Shown here one piece after another: positions 45,977 through 55,929 of a stretch of DNA of 64,000 bases. The stretch is taken from sequence record LR756502.1; one strand, given 5' to 3'. The notes under the pieces are model-generated. The model made no database searches. It was not told where the DNA came from and was given only the letters and a program-made list of their open reading frames with translations. Made by a program: the position numbers and the translations under genes. How positions within the stretch are numbered: the stretch's first letter is position 1; every line of letters begins with the position of its first letter.

Positions 45977-47053
45977 ATGGACTTTAATGATGTTCTAATT
46001 ACACCTGCTGTAACCTCAACAATACGATCTAGAAGTGAGATAAACCCATACCAACTTTCTATCGGTGATACAAATTGGCTACCCATTATTGTATCACCAA
46101 TGGATACTGTTATTGACTTGAATAACTGGCAACTATTTCTGAATGAGAAGATGCCAATATGCTTTCCAAGAGGAATAAGACCATCTGATATTAAAGGTGA
46201 TGATTTTTTAGTTCTTAAGTGTTTTAGTAGTGTTATATTCTTCTCATATTCTCTAGATGAAACGTCTGATATGATTGAGTGGTTGGTAAATAACCCATCT
46301 CAAGATCTGGAATATAATATACTTATTGATATTGCCAATGGTCATATGCAACATATGGTTGATTCTATTAAAGAACTTCGTAAAAGAACAAAAGTTAAGA
46401 TAATGGTTGGTAATATTGCCAATCCTGATACCTATCGAATACTTTCACATGCTGGTGCTGACTTTATAAGAGTTGGTATTGGATTTGGTGGTGGGTGTTT
46501 AACCGCTATGAATACCGGAGTTGGATATTCAATGGCATCTCTTGTAAAAGAGTGTCGTGATATAAAGGATGATATTGAAAAGTGGGATAAGAAAGAGGGA
46601 GCTATGATAGTTGCTGATGGCGGATTTCGTGAATATTCTGATGTTATTAAAGCACTTGCTCTTGGTGCGGATTATGTTATGCTTGGATCTATGTTAAACA
46701 AGACACTTGAATCCGCTGGTGAGACATTCTGGAGTAATTGGGCCTTTACTATGAAAGTTCCACAGGGACTAGCTAATATTCTATGGAAAAGAAAGTATAC
46801 ACTTGAAAAGAAATTTAGAGGTATGTCCACTAAAGAAGTTCAGAAGAAATGGGGTAAAGCTAAACTAACAACATCAGAAGGTGTGGTTAGAATGAGAACA
46901 GTTAAATATACATTATCTGGATGGAGAGAAAATTTTGAAGACTATTTAAGATCTGCGATGTCTTATACAAATAGTAGAACTCTAAAAGACTTTATTGGTA
47001 ATGTTAAATGGACAGTTATAACCGAGAATTCATTCAATAGATTTAATAAATAG
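45977..47053 (+). CDS. GMP reductase / IMP dehydrogenase family
   Basis: DFNDVLITP, SPMDTV, IDIANGH, RVGIG.GGGCLT, IVADGG, ALGADYVMLGS, SEG. Confidence 0.85.
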   Translation: MDFNDVLITPAVTSTIRSRSEINPYQLSIGDTNWLPIIVSPMDTVIDLNNWQLFLNEKMPICFPRGIRPSDIKGDDFLVLKCFSSVIFFSYSLDETSDMIEWLVNNPSQDLEYNILIDIANGHMQHMVDSIKELRKRTKVKIMVGNIANPDTYRILSHAGADFIRVGIGFGGGCLTAMNTGVGYSMASLVKECRDIKDDIEKWDKKEGAMIVADGGFREYSDVIKALALGADYVMLGSMLNKTLESAGETFWSNWAFTMKVPQGLANILWKRKYTLEKKFRGMSTKEVQKKWGKAKLTTSEGVVRMRTVKYTLSGWRENFEDYLRSAMSYTNSRTLKDFIGNVKWTVITENSFNRFNK

Positions 47054-47761
47054 CTATATCCACTTACCTTTTGATGCAACTATTACTCTTTGGTTTTTCT
47101 CATCAAGTATAACATTAAATTTACCCTGTAGTGTTTTATTAATAATATCATAGATAGAGTCTAATCCGTACTTATCCACTTTCTGTGTTATTATTAATTT
47201 ATTACTCTCCTTCTTGATATTCATTATCTTACTCTGGTGTTGGGTTAATCTTTCTTCTGCATTTTCTATTCCTGTTGTTACTTTTAGTTTAGCACCTTTC
47301 ATATCTGATATCACTAATGATGGGTCTATGATATCAGATGGATGATATGTTCTAATACAAACTTCGTTATTTGTAATCTGTGTTATTTTGCTATTATATT
47401 CATATCCCTCTAACTTTGTTAATAACTCAACAATTTCCATAAAAAATTCCTTAGAAAAGTTAGAAATACCATATGTACCAACTCCTCTAACTATTTTAAA
47501 ATTATATCCTTGATAGAATTCTCTTTCTAGAATTTCTAGCTTTCTACCTGGTTGATTAAATGCTGAGTCGTAAATTTCAAAATTAATTTTATGACTGTAT
47601 AAACCTCCAATTGTTTCTGGTATAACCCATCCTAATTCAGTGAATTCAGCTAAGAAATCATGAATCTCATCAACCCTATTCCAATCTAACCTTTTAATTA
47701 GATCTTCTTTCCAGTGTGATGGTCCAGCTTCAAATATTTTATATGGTGATAGATGTTTCAT
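47054..47761 (-). CDS. Hypothetical protein, leader MKHLSPYKIFEA
   Basis: 235-aa ORF downstream of neck gene. Confidence 0.65.
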   Translation of the reverse strand: MKHLSPYKIFEAGPSHWKEDLIKRLDWNRVDEIHDFLAEFTELGWVIPETIGGLYSHKINFEIYDSAFNQPGRKLEILEREFYQGYNFKIVRGVGTYGISNFSKEFFMEIVELLTKLEGYEYNSKITQITNNEVCIRTYHPSDIIDPSLVISDMKGAKLKVTTGIENAEERLTQHQSKIMNIKKESNKLIITQKVDKYGLDSIYDIINKTLQGKFNVILDEKNQRVIVASKGKWI

Positions 47762-47810
47762 TTAGACTTTTCTAACTTTTCTATGTTAATTGTAGTAAGT
47801 ATTTCCACTC

Positions 47811-48593
47811 CTATTTTTTCACCATGAAAAAAAATGAAGAATTTGATTGACCCTTAATTTCTTCTTCCACTTCTTTAACTTCTTCTTTACCTTGTGAAAC
47901 CATATCGGAAGAGTTTATCTTCACCCCACCTGGAAGGGTAAAATCATACCTACCAGTCATATTACCATATTGTATTTTAGACAATCCGGTGATATATTTA
48001 ATGAATAAGTCATCTTTGAATAAAAATTCTTGTGGTATATTAGCATATGACTCTATGATAACATTGTGTTTAACATTTGTTAGTATATGTAGTCTGTGAG
48101 CTAGTTGATTGAAGTGAAACTTAAGAGTATATTTATTTAACTGATTAAGCATATCACTCATGGAATCAAGTATTGTCTTATATACACCAAGCTCTCCAAT
48201 AGTTGTGACGTATGAGCTTAGGAATGGTTGGTTAGTAACACCAAGGTTAACTGATAAGTTTGGTGTATTGATGCCAAGTTGAAATAAAGAGTCTCCTCTT
48301 ACTTCATATAGGTATATTACTGATTGAATTTCACAAGGTACATTTACGAATCTATATTTAGTATATTCTTCTGTTTGAAAAGCATCTTGATGTATAAAAT
48401 AGTATATTTTTTGTACAGAATATTGGTAGTTACGATAGAACCAAGGTAATGCTTTGGTCTCAATAATTCTTCGAATCTCCGTATCTGGTAGATTTCTAGG
48501 AAGAGAGCATCCTATTGTAATGTCATTTTGGATAAGATCAATTAATTCCTCAATTGTATATCCTCCTTGGTATGGTATATATTCGTCAGCCAT
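47811..48593 (-). CDS. Neck/head-completion protein, T4 gp13-like
   Basis: FIKYITGLSKIQYG...TLPGGVKIN...GKEEVKEVEEEI matches the gp13 C-terminal pattern. Confidence 0.75.
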   Translation of the reverse strand: MADEYIPYQGGYTIEELIDLIQNDITIGCSLPRNLPDTEIRRIIETKALPWFYRNYQYSVQKIYYFIHQDAFQTEEYTKYRFVNVPCEIQSVIYLYEVRGDSLFQLGINTPNLSVNLGVTNQPFLSSYVTTIGELGVYKTILDSMSDMLNQLNKYTLKFHFNQLAHRLHILTNVKHNVIIESYANIPQEFLFKDDLFIKYITGLSKIQYGNMTGRYDFTLPGGVKINSSDMVSQGKEEVKEVEEEIKGQSNSSFFFMVKK

Positions 48594-48615
48594 AAAAATA
48601 CTTTATGTTTAATTC

Positions 48616-48624
48616 TATATATTA
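48616..48624 (-). promoter_or_regulatory. Putative late promoter TAATATATA upstream of gp13-like gene
   Basis: Motif precedes a structural gene. Confidence 0.55.
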
Positions 48625-48639
48625 AAAAACAAAACCCAC

Positions 48640-48837
48640 TCATTTGAGTAGGTTTTTAATCTTTCTTATTCTATCTTCATTTTTATCTACGTCTCCTTGG
48701 TATAACATATACCGTAACCAAATACCAGATGAGTATGTATATACGCTATTTGTCTTTCTATCATAATATGAATCACCCTCGACTGGATTATCTGGTCTAT
48801 TATCACCAAATTGATTTTTAGCTATATTTCTAAACAT
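48640..48837 (-). CDS. Small hypothetical protein, C-terminal [10 protein letters not shown]
   Basis: 65-aa ORF overlapping dnaJ end. Confidence 0.55.
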   Translation of the reverse strand: MFRNIAKNQFGDNRPDNPVEGDSYYDRKTNSVYTYSSGIWLRYMLYQGDVDKNEDRIRKIKNLLK

Positions 48838-49891
48838 TGAAGTTTTTTGAGCTTTTTAACCTCTCAAGAATTACCTTTTCTTCTGGGTTTATCTTCTTTG
48901 GAATCTTAACATTTACTTTAATATAAAGGTCACCCATTCCATAGTTTATATCAGGTATTCCCTTGTGATCAAATTTTAATATTTTACCACTATCAGTCCC
49001 TTCATCCACATTAACTAGTAACTTACCGTGTGGTGTTAATATATCCATCTTCTTGCCAAGAATTGCATCTATTACAGATATTGTTACCTCTCCTGTTATG
49101 TTATTACCTTCTCTTTTCCAAATTGGGTCAGGTAACTCCTCTATTAGAATTTGTAAATCACCATGTATTCCATTTCTAGCATAGTTTCCGAAACCAGACA
49201 TTGTTAATTGCATTCCATTACCAACACCTGCTGGTATTTCTATATCAATTATCTCTTCTTTTACTTGTGATCCTTCTCCGTGACATGTAATACACTTACT
49301 GTGTATTATTTTACCAGTACCGCTACATCCATTACATGTTGTTGCTTGTCTGATCTGTCCAAATGATGAGTTTTGTATAACTATTCTTTGACCTGTACCA
49401 CTACATTGTAGACAGTCCTTAACATCACTTCCGCCTTTACCAGCGCAAGTTGTGCATTTATCATTCCTCTTAAACCTTAGTTTTTTCTTAGCTCCTTTTA
49501 GTATATCATCTAATGTTAGTTGTACTTTAATTCTAAGATCCGCTCCTCTTTGTTGTTGTTGTCTATTATTGTATCTATTGCCAAATGCTCCACCAAAAAT
49601 ATCACCAAATTGGCTGAATATGTCATCCATATTAAACCCGTGTCCATATTGTTGTTGATTTCCTTGGTTACCACCTCCAGCAGATCCAAATCTATCATAG
49701 TTAGATTTTTTATCTGGAGTTGATAGTATATCATAAGCTTCTGCTGCTTCTTTAAATTTCTCTTCGGATTCTTTATTATCCGGATTCTTATCTGGATGAT
49801 ACTTCATGGCCATTTTTCTATATGCCTTTTTAATATCATCCTCAGATGCGTCTTTACCAACTCCTAATATGTTATAATAATCTTTGCTCAT
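48830..49891 (-). CDS. dnaJ: Chaperone DnaJ
   Basis: J domain with HPD, G/F region, four CxxCxGxG repeats. Confidence 0.95.
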   Translation of the reverse strand: MSKDYYNILGVGKDASEDDIKKAYRKMAMKYHPDKNPDNKESEEKFKEAAEAYDILSTPDKKSNYDRFGSAGGGNQGNQQQYGHGFNMDDIFSQFGDIFGGAFGNRYNNRQQQQRGADLRIKVQLTLDDILKGAKKKLRFKRNDKCTTCAGKGGSDVKDCLQCSGTGQRIVIQNSSFGQIRQATTCNGCSGTGKIIHSKCITCHGEGSQVKEEIIDIEIPAGVGNGMQLTMSGFGNYARNGIHGDLQILIEELPDPIWKREGNNITGEVTISVIDAILGKKMDILTPHGKLLVNVDEGTDSGKILKFDHKGIPDINYGMGDLYIKVNVKIPKKINPEEKVILERLKSSKNFNV

Positions 49892-49918
49892 ATTTACTTT
49901 TATAATATTTTAGATAAT

Positions 49919-50428
49919 TTATCCTAATACAATTTTTGGATATCTAAATGGTTTGCCATTTACCGTATATCCTTTACTAATTACATCTACTACATTTTTA
50001 CCATCTGGTTTTATAATAGTAACAACCTCATGCATGTGTGGATCATATACATCTGTTTGTATAGATTCTATACTGTGTGATCTGAGAAATTTTTCCATTT
50101 TTGATATTATCAGATTAACACCATCTCTAGCTTCTTTGTCCTTAATATTCTTAAGAGCTATACTAAGATCACTATCTATGTCAAATATAGATGACATTAT
50201 TGATATTTTTGTATTATCCTTTATATCTTCCTTTTCTTTCTGCACTCTTTTTTTGAAGTTTTCAAAATCAGCATAAGTTCTCAAGTATTTATCAGTAGAT
50301 TCTGATAATTGAGATTTAAGACCAGATATAGTTTCTTTACAAGAACACTTTTCACTACAACTTGAATCTTTTTCGTCTGTCTTGCATTTGCAGTTTTCAC
50401 CGCATCCATTGTTTGTATTATCTTCCAT
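49919..50428 (-). CDS. grpE: Nucleotide exchange factor GrpE
   Basis: YLRTYADFENFKKR, YDPHMHEVV, KGYTVNGK.FR...V. Confidence 0.9.
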   Translation of the reverse strand: MEDNTNNGCGENCKCKTDEKDSSCSEKCSCKETISGLKSQLSESTDKYLRTYADFENFKKRVQKEKEDIKDNTKISIMSSIFDIDSDLSIALKNIKDKEARDGVNLIISKMEKFLRSHSIESIQTDVYDPHMHEVVTIIKPDGKNVVDVISKGYTVNGKPFRYPKIVLG

Positions 50429-50449
50429 TAGTCTAATAGATTTTTAATT

Positions 50450-50935
50450 TTAGTAATTAAATTTTAATAGTTTCTTCACCGCATTTGAGTTATAAAATTC
50501 ATAAGTTACATTTTTATCAACAATCTTATGTACTTCTAACTTATCTATTTCTATTTTTATAGCCTCGACATACTCAACTAGCTCTTTTAGAGATCCGATA
50601 TATCCTGCAGTAGGTACCCAATAGTCAGGGAACTTATCAACGAACTTATCAACGGATAAGTCTAATGTCTTCTTCCTAACTAAAAGATATTCTTTTTCTT
50701 TAATAGATTTATTTGTTAATAACTCAACTGTGTATGTGTTGAATTTGTGTATTAAGTTATCTGTTTCAATTACTTTCACAAGTCCAATAATCAATGCTTC
50801 CCTTTCGGTTATTTCGATTTCCTTATTCTCTTTTAGTATTTTTTCTGCTTCTTTTTCTGTTCCAAGAATGTAGTAAACATAATTATCCCATATACATCTG
50901 CGGACGATGTCCTCAGGAAAAACTTTTATTGTCAT
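50450..50935 (-). CDS. Hypothetical protein
   Basis: 161-aa ORF heading grpE-dnaJ; AAACCT-N15-TATAAT upstream (50955-50981). Confidence 0.65.
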   Translation of the reverse strand: MTIKVFPEDIVRRCIWDNYVYYILGTEKEAEKILKENKEIEITEREALIIGLVKVIETDNLIHKFNTYTVELLTNKSIKEKEYLLVRKKTLDLSVDKFVDKFPDYWVPTAGYIGSLKELVEYVEAIKIEIDKLEVHKIVDKNVTYEFYNSNAVKKLLKFNY

Positions 50936-51079
50936 ATTTCGATGATATTTTATTATTATATAACCTTAACAACAAAGGTTTAAAATTCTTAAAAAAACAA
51001 CAAAACTAATCAGTGAAAAATTATATATAATTCACTTTTATGATTAATAGGAGCCCAAAAAAATACATAATAAAAGAAA

Positions 51080-51322
51080 TTGAAAAACTCAGTTTGCGTG
51101 GAAGTGGATACACCTAAAGGTAAAGCCACTCTAGTTAATGTCTATGTTACTGAACTAGGCTATTTAATGGCTAAGGTTTATTATTCAAAGGAAAAGCTTT
51201 GGACGAATTACAAGATTGGTGACATCGGTAGTCTGATGGAAACCGCAAACATGAAGGCTTTGTCTTCTACCATAATAAAGAGTACGTTGCTTAAGAAGAA
51301 GTTTGATCTTAAGACACATTAG
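51080..51322 (+). CDS. Hypothetical protein
   Basis: 80-aa ORF, TTG start, TTATATATA at 51021. Confidence 0.55.
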   Translation: MKNSVCVEVDTPKGKATLVNVYVTELGYLMAKVYYSKEKLWTNYKIGDIGSLMETANMKALSSTIIKSTLLKKKFDLKTH

Positions 51323-51358
51323 GAAAAGGGGTTGATTAAATCAACCCTTTTCTTTTTT
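51323..51358 (+). terminator. Intrinsic terminator
   Basis: GAAAAGGGGTTGA-TTAAA-TCAACCCTTTTC plus T run. Confidence 0.75.
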
Positions 51359-51382
51359 AAATAAATTCCGTATATTTACATA

Positions 51383-51616
51383 ATGACTGTTAAATTAATA
51401 TATAATGATGTTGTGGTGGATAAGTCCAATAGTATTGACTCTTTAATAGAGGACTGCCTTTCACATTTTGGATTGGACTTCTCACAATACAGATTGTCTG
51501 AGATGAGACAGTCAGGTCTTTCCTATTTTGATTCAAAAACGATAGAGTTCCTATTAAAAGAAGAGGACTACATAAAACTAAGAGATAATAAAATTAATAA
51601 AATACTAAGTGAGTAA
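51383..51616 (+). CDS. Hypothetical protein, C-terminal LRDNKINKIL
   Basis: 77-aa ORF. Confidence 0.6.
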   Translation: MTVKLIYNDVVVDKSNSIDSLIEDCLSHFGLDFSQYRLSEMRQSGLSYFDSKTIEFLLKEEDYIKLRDNKINKILSE

Positions 51617-52250
51617 ATACAACCGAACATATCATTTACCCTTTTCACCTGGATCAACCAATGATGATAGAATCTCAGATAATGCAATTTCATTATTAGG
51701 AATTGATATCGTTATTACTGAGAAGTTAGATGGTGAGAATACAGGCATGACCCGTGATGGTGTCTATGCTAGAAGTCACGCTGCTTTTACTGAGTCTGCT
51801 TGGTCAAGAGAGGTGAGACAATTGCACTCTATGATTAAATCAAGTATTGACGAAGATGTTTTTATCTTTGGTGAGAATATGGAAGGTATACACTCTATTG
51901 AATATACCAATCTTATATCATATTTCTATATGTTTGGTGTTCGTGATAATAACATTTGGATTCCTTGGGAAGGAGTTGAGGAATATTCGTATCTACTTGA
52001 TATACCGACAGTTCCGGTGTTATTTAAAGGTATTATTAACTCAGAGAAAGAATTACAGCAAATAGTTGAGGATTTGGTTAAACAACCATCAGCTCTTGGT
52101 GGTAATAGAGAAGGTATTGTTATTAGAAATGCGAGTTTATTCCATAATGATGATTTCTCTGAAAATGTAATGAAGTGGGTTCGTAAAGGCCATGTTCAGA
52201 CAACATCTCACTGGACCCGTGATTGGAGAAAGGCTAAAATAAATGAGTAA
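51609..52250 (+). CDS. ATP-dependent RNA ligase family (Rnl2-like nucleotidyltransferase)
   Basis: KYNRTYHLP, TEKLDGEN, IFGEN, FYMFG, VPVLF, REGIVIR, KWV. Confidence 0.8.
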   Translation: MSKYNRTYHLPFSPGSTNDDRISDNAISLLGIDIVITEKLDGENTGMTRDGVYARSHAAFTESAWSREVRQLHSMIKSSIDEDVFIFGENMEGIHSIEYTNLISYFYMFGVRDNNIWIPWEGVEEYSYLLDIPTVPVLFKGIINSEKELQQIVEDLVKQPSALGGNREGIVIRNASLFHNDDFSENVMKWVRKGHVQTTSHWTRDWRKAKINE

Positions 52251-52509
52251 GTTTAAAGTCGGTGATAGAGTTATTCTGAAGGTAAGCACTCCCTATAATA
52301 GTATCGGTGATTCTGTTGTTATAAGAGAGGTTCGAACTAATATAGACACATTTGATGATAGCTTCATGTACTATACGTACTATATAGAAGAACTACCAGC
52401 GTCAAAATATCTATATGAGTGGCATTTAGATATTGATAAGCAATATTATAGAAATCAAAAATTAAATAAATTGATAGATGGATATAGAAGAAAAAATAGA
52501 ATTGAATAA
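52243..52509 (+). CDS. Hypothetical SH3/KOW-like protein, C-terminal YRNQKLNKLI
   Basis: KFKVGDRV start; 88 aa. Confidence 0.55.
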   Translation: MSKFKVGDRVILKVSTPYNSIGDSVVIREVRTNIDTFDDSFMYYTYYIEELPASKYLYEWHLDIDKQYYRNQKLNKLIDGYRRKNRIE

Positions 52510-52669
52510 GACTATTAGAAAATATACAGGTGGAAATAACTTTATAATTTCTATACAGAATCAATTAAAGGCAAGTAAGACAATTGAAAAGGTTGAATAC
52601 AAGGGTAAGATGGTTAAAGTATTGAGTGATAGACAATATGATGCTGTTAGGGGAATACTTAACACTTGA
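52478..52669 (+). CDS. Small hypothetical protein
   Basis: 63-aa ORF, NNFI.SI..QL...LSDRQ. Confidence 0.55.
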   Translation: MDIEEKIELNKTIRKYTGGNNFIISIQNQLKASKTIEKVEYKGKMVKVLSDRQYDAVRGILNT

Positions 52670-52694
52670 TTTGAAAATTCATCCTCCCATGTTT

Positions 52695-53723
52695 TTAGGG
52701 CATTCTTTCTCCTATACTGCGTTGTTTAATTTCGTCTAGTGACTCGGTAGTGAATTGTAAGTAAATCTTCCACACTAATATAGTTGTAATACCAACTTCG
52801 TCCTCATTTTCAAACCCTGTATTGATATTGGAATTTCTGCTTCCTGATACTACTCCATTACTCACTTCTTTCTGCATATCACTAAACATTCTATCTATAA
52901 ACTCTAGTGACAGTCCAGTACTAACTAATCTATTAGTATATCCTTGTTTTTTCCAATATTCTGGTTGAGTTATATATATTTTTTGATAGGCATTCATTTC
53001 TATTCCCTCATCTGACATCATATTTTTAATCCTATCAGATGTGTCTATAATTGTCGTTCTTAACTCATTAGACCACTCAATACCACGTTTAGGCATATCC
53101 CATTCTAATTCTACTGTTGCATGTTTTAGGTACAGATCAACATATGGCTTTATTTTAACTCCAAAGTCTTGTTCTAATTCAATGCATATATCGCTAATTA
53201 CTTGTTCTATATTTTTTTTAGTATCTACACTGTCGAACTTAGCAACCATTATTACTACGGGACATTCACCATTTTTTGAATCTATGTCCAGTCTTTCCCC
53301 ATTGTAATAGTCTCCCTTTTTAAGCTCATCCTTACTAATATAAATTACCTTTCTACCTATTACTCCACATACTGAATTAAAAGGTGTAGTTCCTTTATTT
53401 GAGTCTTCTACTAAATATACATTCCACTTACTAAAGAACATTGGTATCCTTAGATTTGATTTTGGTATTTGTTCGCTAGTTATTTTAGTTATATCATTTT
53501 TAATTTGACTAGGTATTCCTCCTCCTGAATTGGAAATTATTGTATCAAATCCTCTTTCTTTAGTAACTTTCTTTATTTCATTCCATCTAAAATTTAAAAG
53601 TGGATATATTCCCATTAATCTACCAATAGCTGATGCAATAAATCTTGGAACATTCAATAAAATTCTTTGATTTTTTGTTAGTTCCTCATTTATATGTTCG
53701 TTATATGATTGTATATGTCTCAT
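52695..53723 (-). CDS. Hypothetical protein, leader MRHIQSYNEHINEE
   Basis: 342-aa ORF. Confidence 0.65.
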   Translation of the reverse strand: MRHIQSYNEHINEELTKNQRILLNVPRFIASAIGRLMGIYPLLNFRWNEIKKVTKERGFDTIISNSGGGIPSQIKNDITKITSEQIPKSNLRIPMFFSKWNVYLVEDSNKGTTPFNSVCGVIGRKVIYISKDELKKGDYYNGERLDIDSKNGECPVVIMVAKFDSVDTKKNIEQVISDICIELEQDFGVKIKPYVDLYLKHATVELEWDMPKRGIEWSNELRTTIIDTSDRIKNMMSDEGIEMNAYQKIYITQPEYWKKQGYTNRLVSTGLSLEFIDRMFSDMQKEVSNGVVSGSRNSNINTGFENEDEVGITTILVWKIYLQFTTESLDEIKQRSIGERMP

Positions 53724-54163
53724 TTATTAGCAAAGTATAGTGATACACTATTAATTTTTTGTTCCTTTGGTAAATCCGATATGCTTTTATAGTAAACATA
53801 GTTTGGTATATCAACAACATAAACACACTCTATATCCAGCTTTAACTCTTCTTTTGAGTATGACTCTGCTTGTAGTAGAGTATCAAAAACATCCTTGATA
53901 TTGAAGTAGTCAAGTGATGGACCTTGTCTACCCTGCTTTATTTTATCAATATGTACTTCGGTTAGACTAATAGTATTATTCACATCATTGAATATAACCT
54001 CGGATGAATCTATTTTAGACTTATTTGTGAAATCTAACTTAACACAATTAACATTTTCTTTTACACGAACTCTTAATCCATCATCTTGAAGATAAGCGAA
54101 TAGATCCTTCATCCAATCAAAGTTATCATTTTCAAATATTTTATATTCTTTTAGATACTTCAT
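53720..54163 (-). CDS. Hypothetical protein, leader MKYLKEYKIFEN
   Basis: 147-aa ORF. Confidence 0.65.
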   Translation of the reverse strand: MKYLKEYKIFENDNFDWMKDLFAYLQDDGLRVRVKENVNCVKLDFTNKSKIDSSEVIFNDVNNTISLTEVHIDKIKQGRQGPSLDYFNIKDVFDTLLQAESYSKEELKLDIECVYVVDIPNYVYYKSISDLPKEQKINSVSLYFANK

Positions 54164-54750
54164 TATATATCTCCAAATCTTTTTATTTTGAAAATAGAAC
54201 TGATGTTATCAAGTTTTGCTTTAATGTCCGTAAGTATTTTCTTATGTATGTCATTTAGATTTCTATCCGATTCAATCGATTCAACTATCGCTGATGTTTC
54301 ATTAAAGTAGTTATTTCTAAACTTCTCTGAGGCAGTGAATGCGTCTGATATATTTTGTAACCTATCACATAGTTTAATGATAAGTGCATCATCTGACATA
54401 TGTGTCATTTTATAGATTAAGTAGTCTCTTTTACTACCATCGTATCTATGTTTCATTTCACCCTCATCTGATGTTAATTCCAATACTAAATCTGCAACTC
54501 TTTTACCAAATTTCTCTTTAATTGTACTATAACCCTCCCATTTATCCTTGAAACAATCCTCTATAACATCATGACAAATCGATGCTATTAGTAGATCTTC
54601 ATTTACTGTATATTGCTTAACTATACCATTTACCTTTTGTACATGAGCATCAAAATATGGCATATTAATAAACTTCCTAATTTGATCTTTATGTAGCTCC
54701 CTTGCAAAGTCCCATGCCTGTTTTTCCTTCTCTGTTAGTGGTTGGTTCAT
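54163..54750 (-). CDS. RelA/SpoT-type HD hydrolase (small alarmone hydrolase/Mesh1-like)
   Basis: FARELHKDQIRK...PY..H, SICHDVIED, FGKRVADLVLELT, IKLCDRLQN. Confidence 0.85.
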   Translation of the reverse strand: MNQPLTEKEKQAWDFARELHKDQIRKFINMPYFDAHVQKVNGIVKQYTVNEDLLIASICHDVIEDCFKDKWEGYSTIKEKFGKRVADLVLELTSDEGEMKHRYDGSKRDYLIYKMTHMSDDALIIKLCDRLQNISDAFTASEKFRNNYFNETSAIVESIESDRNLNDIHKKILTDIKAKLDNISSIFKIKRFGDI

Positions 54751-54783
54751 ATATTTTTCCAGATTATTTTATAGTTATTCATT

Positions 54784-54815
54784 CTTGTATATATTAAAAA
54801 ATATCCTTATATTTG
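54784..54815 (+). promoter_or_regulatory. Bacteroidota-type promoter CTTG-N20-TATATTTG
   Basis: Divergent from the late motif; heads 54843-55929 operon. Confidence 0.55.
54788..54796 (-). promoter_or_regulatory. Putative late promoter TAATATATA
   Basis: Heads 54750-52695 operon. Confidence 0.5.
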
Positions 54816-54842
54816 TAGTCTAACCACTAAAACCCATATAAG

Positions 54843-55265
54843 ATGATTACAGATAGTAAAATTTCAGTTATTCAGGAAAAGATTAAAAAAGCCATTGCTC
54901 AGATTGAGATTGATGAGAAAGTTAAAATTTCTTTTGGTAGATGTACTTATAATAAGGCGTTTTATAAAACTGGTATGCAGGTTACTACAACTGAAAAAAC
55001 AGAAGTTGTTAAAGATGTATATGCATCTATTTGTAGGCAACTTGGATTCACCCAAAACATAATTGGTATGAAGTTTGAGGGAACTAGTGGCATATATGAG
55101 ATTATTGATATAAAAACTCGTAATAGAAAATATCCAGTAATTGCTAGAGTTAATCTTAATGGTATAACTAAGCAATTTAAATACTCTGTTGCTGATATTA
55201 AAAAAAGAATCGGTGGTGATAAGGTAATTAATAGAAATGCTAACATTGAAAGATTAATAGGATAA
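54843..55265 (+). CDS. Hypothetical protein, C-terminal NRNANIERLI
   Basis: 140-aa ORF with KTRNRKYPV. Confidence 0.6.
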   Translation: MITDSKISVIQEKIKKAIAQIEIDEKVKISFGRCTYNKAFYKTGMQVTTTEKTEVVKDVYASICRQLGFTQNIIGMKFEGTSGIYEIIDIKTRNRKYPVIARVNLNGITKQFKYSVADIKKRIGGDKVINRNANIERLIG

Positions 55266-55508
55266 ATGATAACAGATAAGTCAATAAAAACATACATAGA
55301 AACCCTTGGGCATAGACCAGCCTGTCCTACCATCGACGCACCTAAAATCGTAGAAGAGTATAAGAGAGGTAAATATGAATTCGACTTCTATGTTAACCAA
55401 CACAACCTATGTTGGTACGCCGATGATATGTGGAAGAGATATAACTCAAACCTACCAACATTCAAAGTACACATCAGAGAAATTAAACTATCCGAAATAG
55501 GATTATAA
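55266..55508 (+). CDS. Hypothetical protein, C-terminal IREIKLSEIG
   Basis: 80-aa ORF. Confidence 0.55.
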   Translation: MITDKSIKTYIETLGHRPACPTIDAPKIVEEYKRGKYEFDFYVNQHNLCWYADDMWKRYNSNLPTFKVHIREIKLSEIGL

Positions 55509-55545
55509 CTAAGTGAAAGAAAAATTAATAAAATTCTAAAATAAA

Positions 55546-55929
55546 ATGAATATAAATGTTGTTGTAATTGGTAACCGTAGCTCTGATATTTGTAAAAGGC
55601 TATCAACTGACTTTGATTATACACTGATAAGTAGTAAATCAACTGATGTAATCTATGGTGAGTTTAAGAAGAAGATAGGACTTAATAAGTCTTATCTTAT
55701 CGATGGTTATCCTAATGACATTAACCAGGCAATTATTCTTGATCAAATGATTAATGTTCCTGTTATTATCTGGTTAACCCCATCAAAGTGCTCAGACTCA
55801 TTAAAGGATTGGTATGGTGATAGAATAGTTGAAATTGACTCCACTGATATAGAATCTATATACAAGGAGATAGTTGATACTATGTTTGAAACTGTTAAGG
55901 AGCCAAGGGATATAAGTGATATTATCTAA
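55546..55929 (+). CDS. Degenerate adenylate-kinase-like protein
   Basis: YLIDGYPNDINQA matches ADK LDG[FY]PR..Q; Walker A absent. Confidence 0.45.
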   Translation: MNINVVVIGNRSSDICKRLSTDFDYTLISSKSTDVIYGEFKKKIGLNKSYLIDGYPNDINQAIILDQMINVPVIIWLTPSKCSDSLKDWYGDRIVEIDSTDIESIYKEIVDTMFETVKEPRDISDII

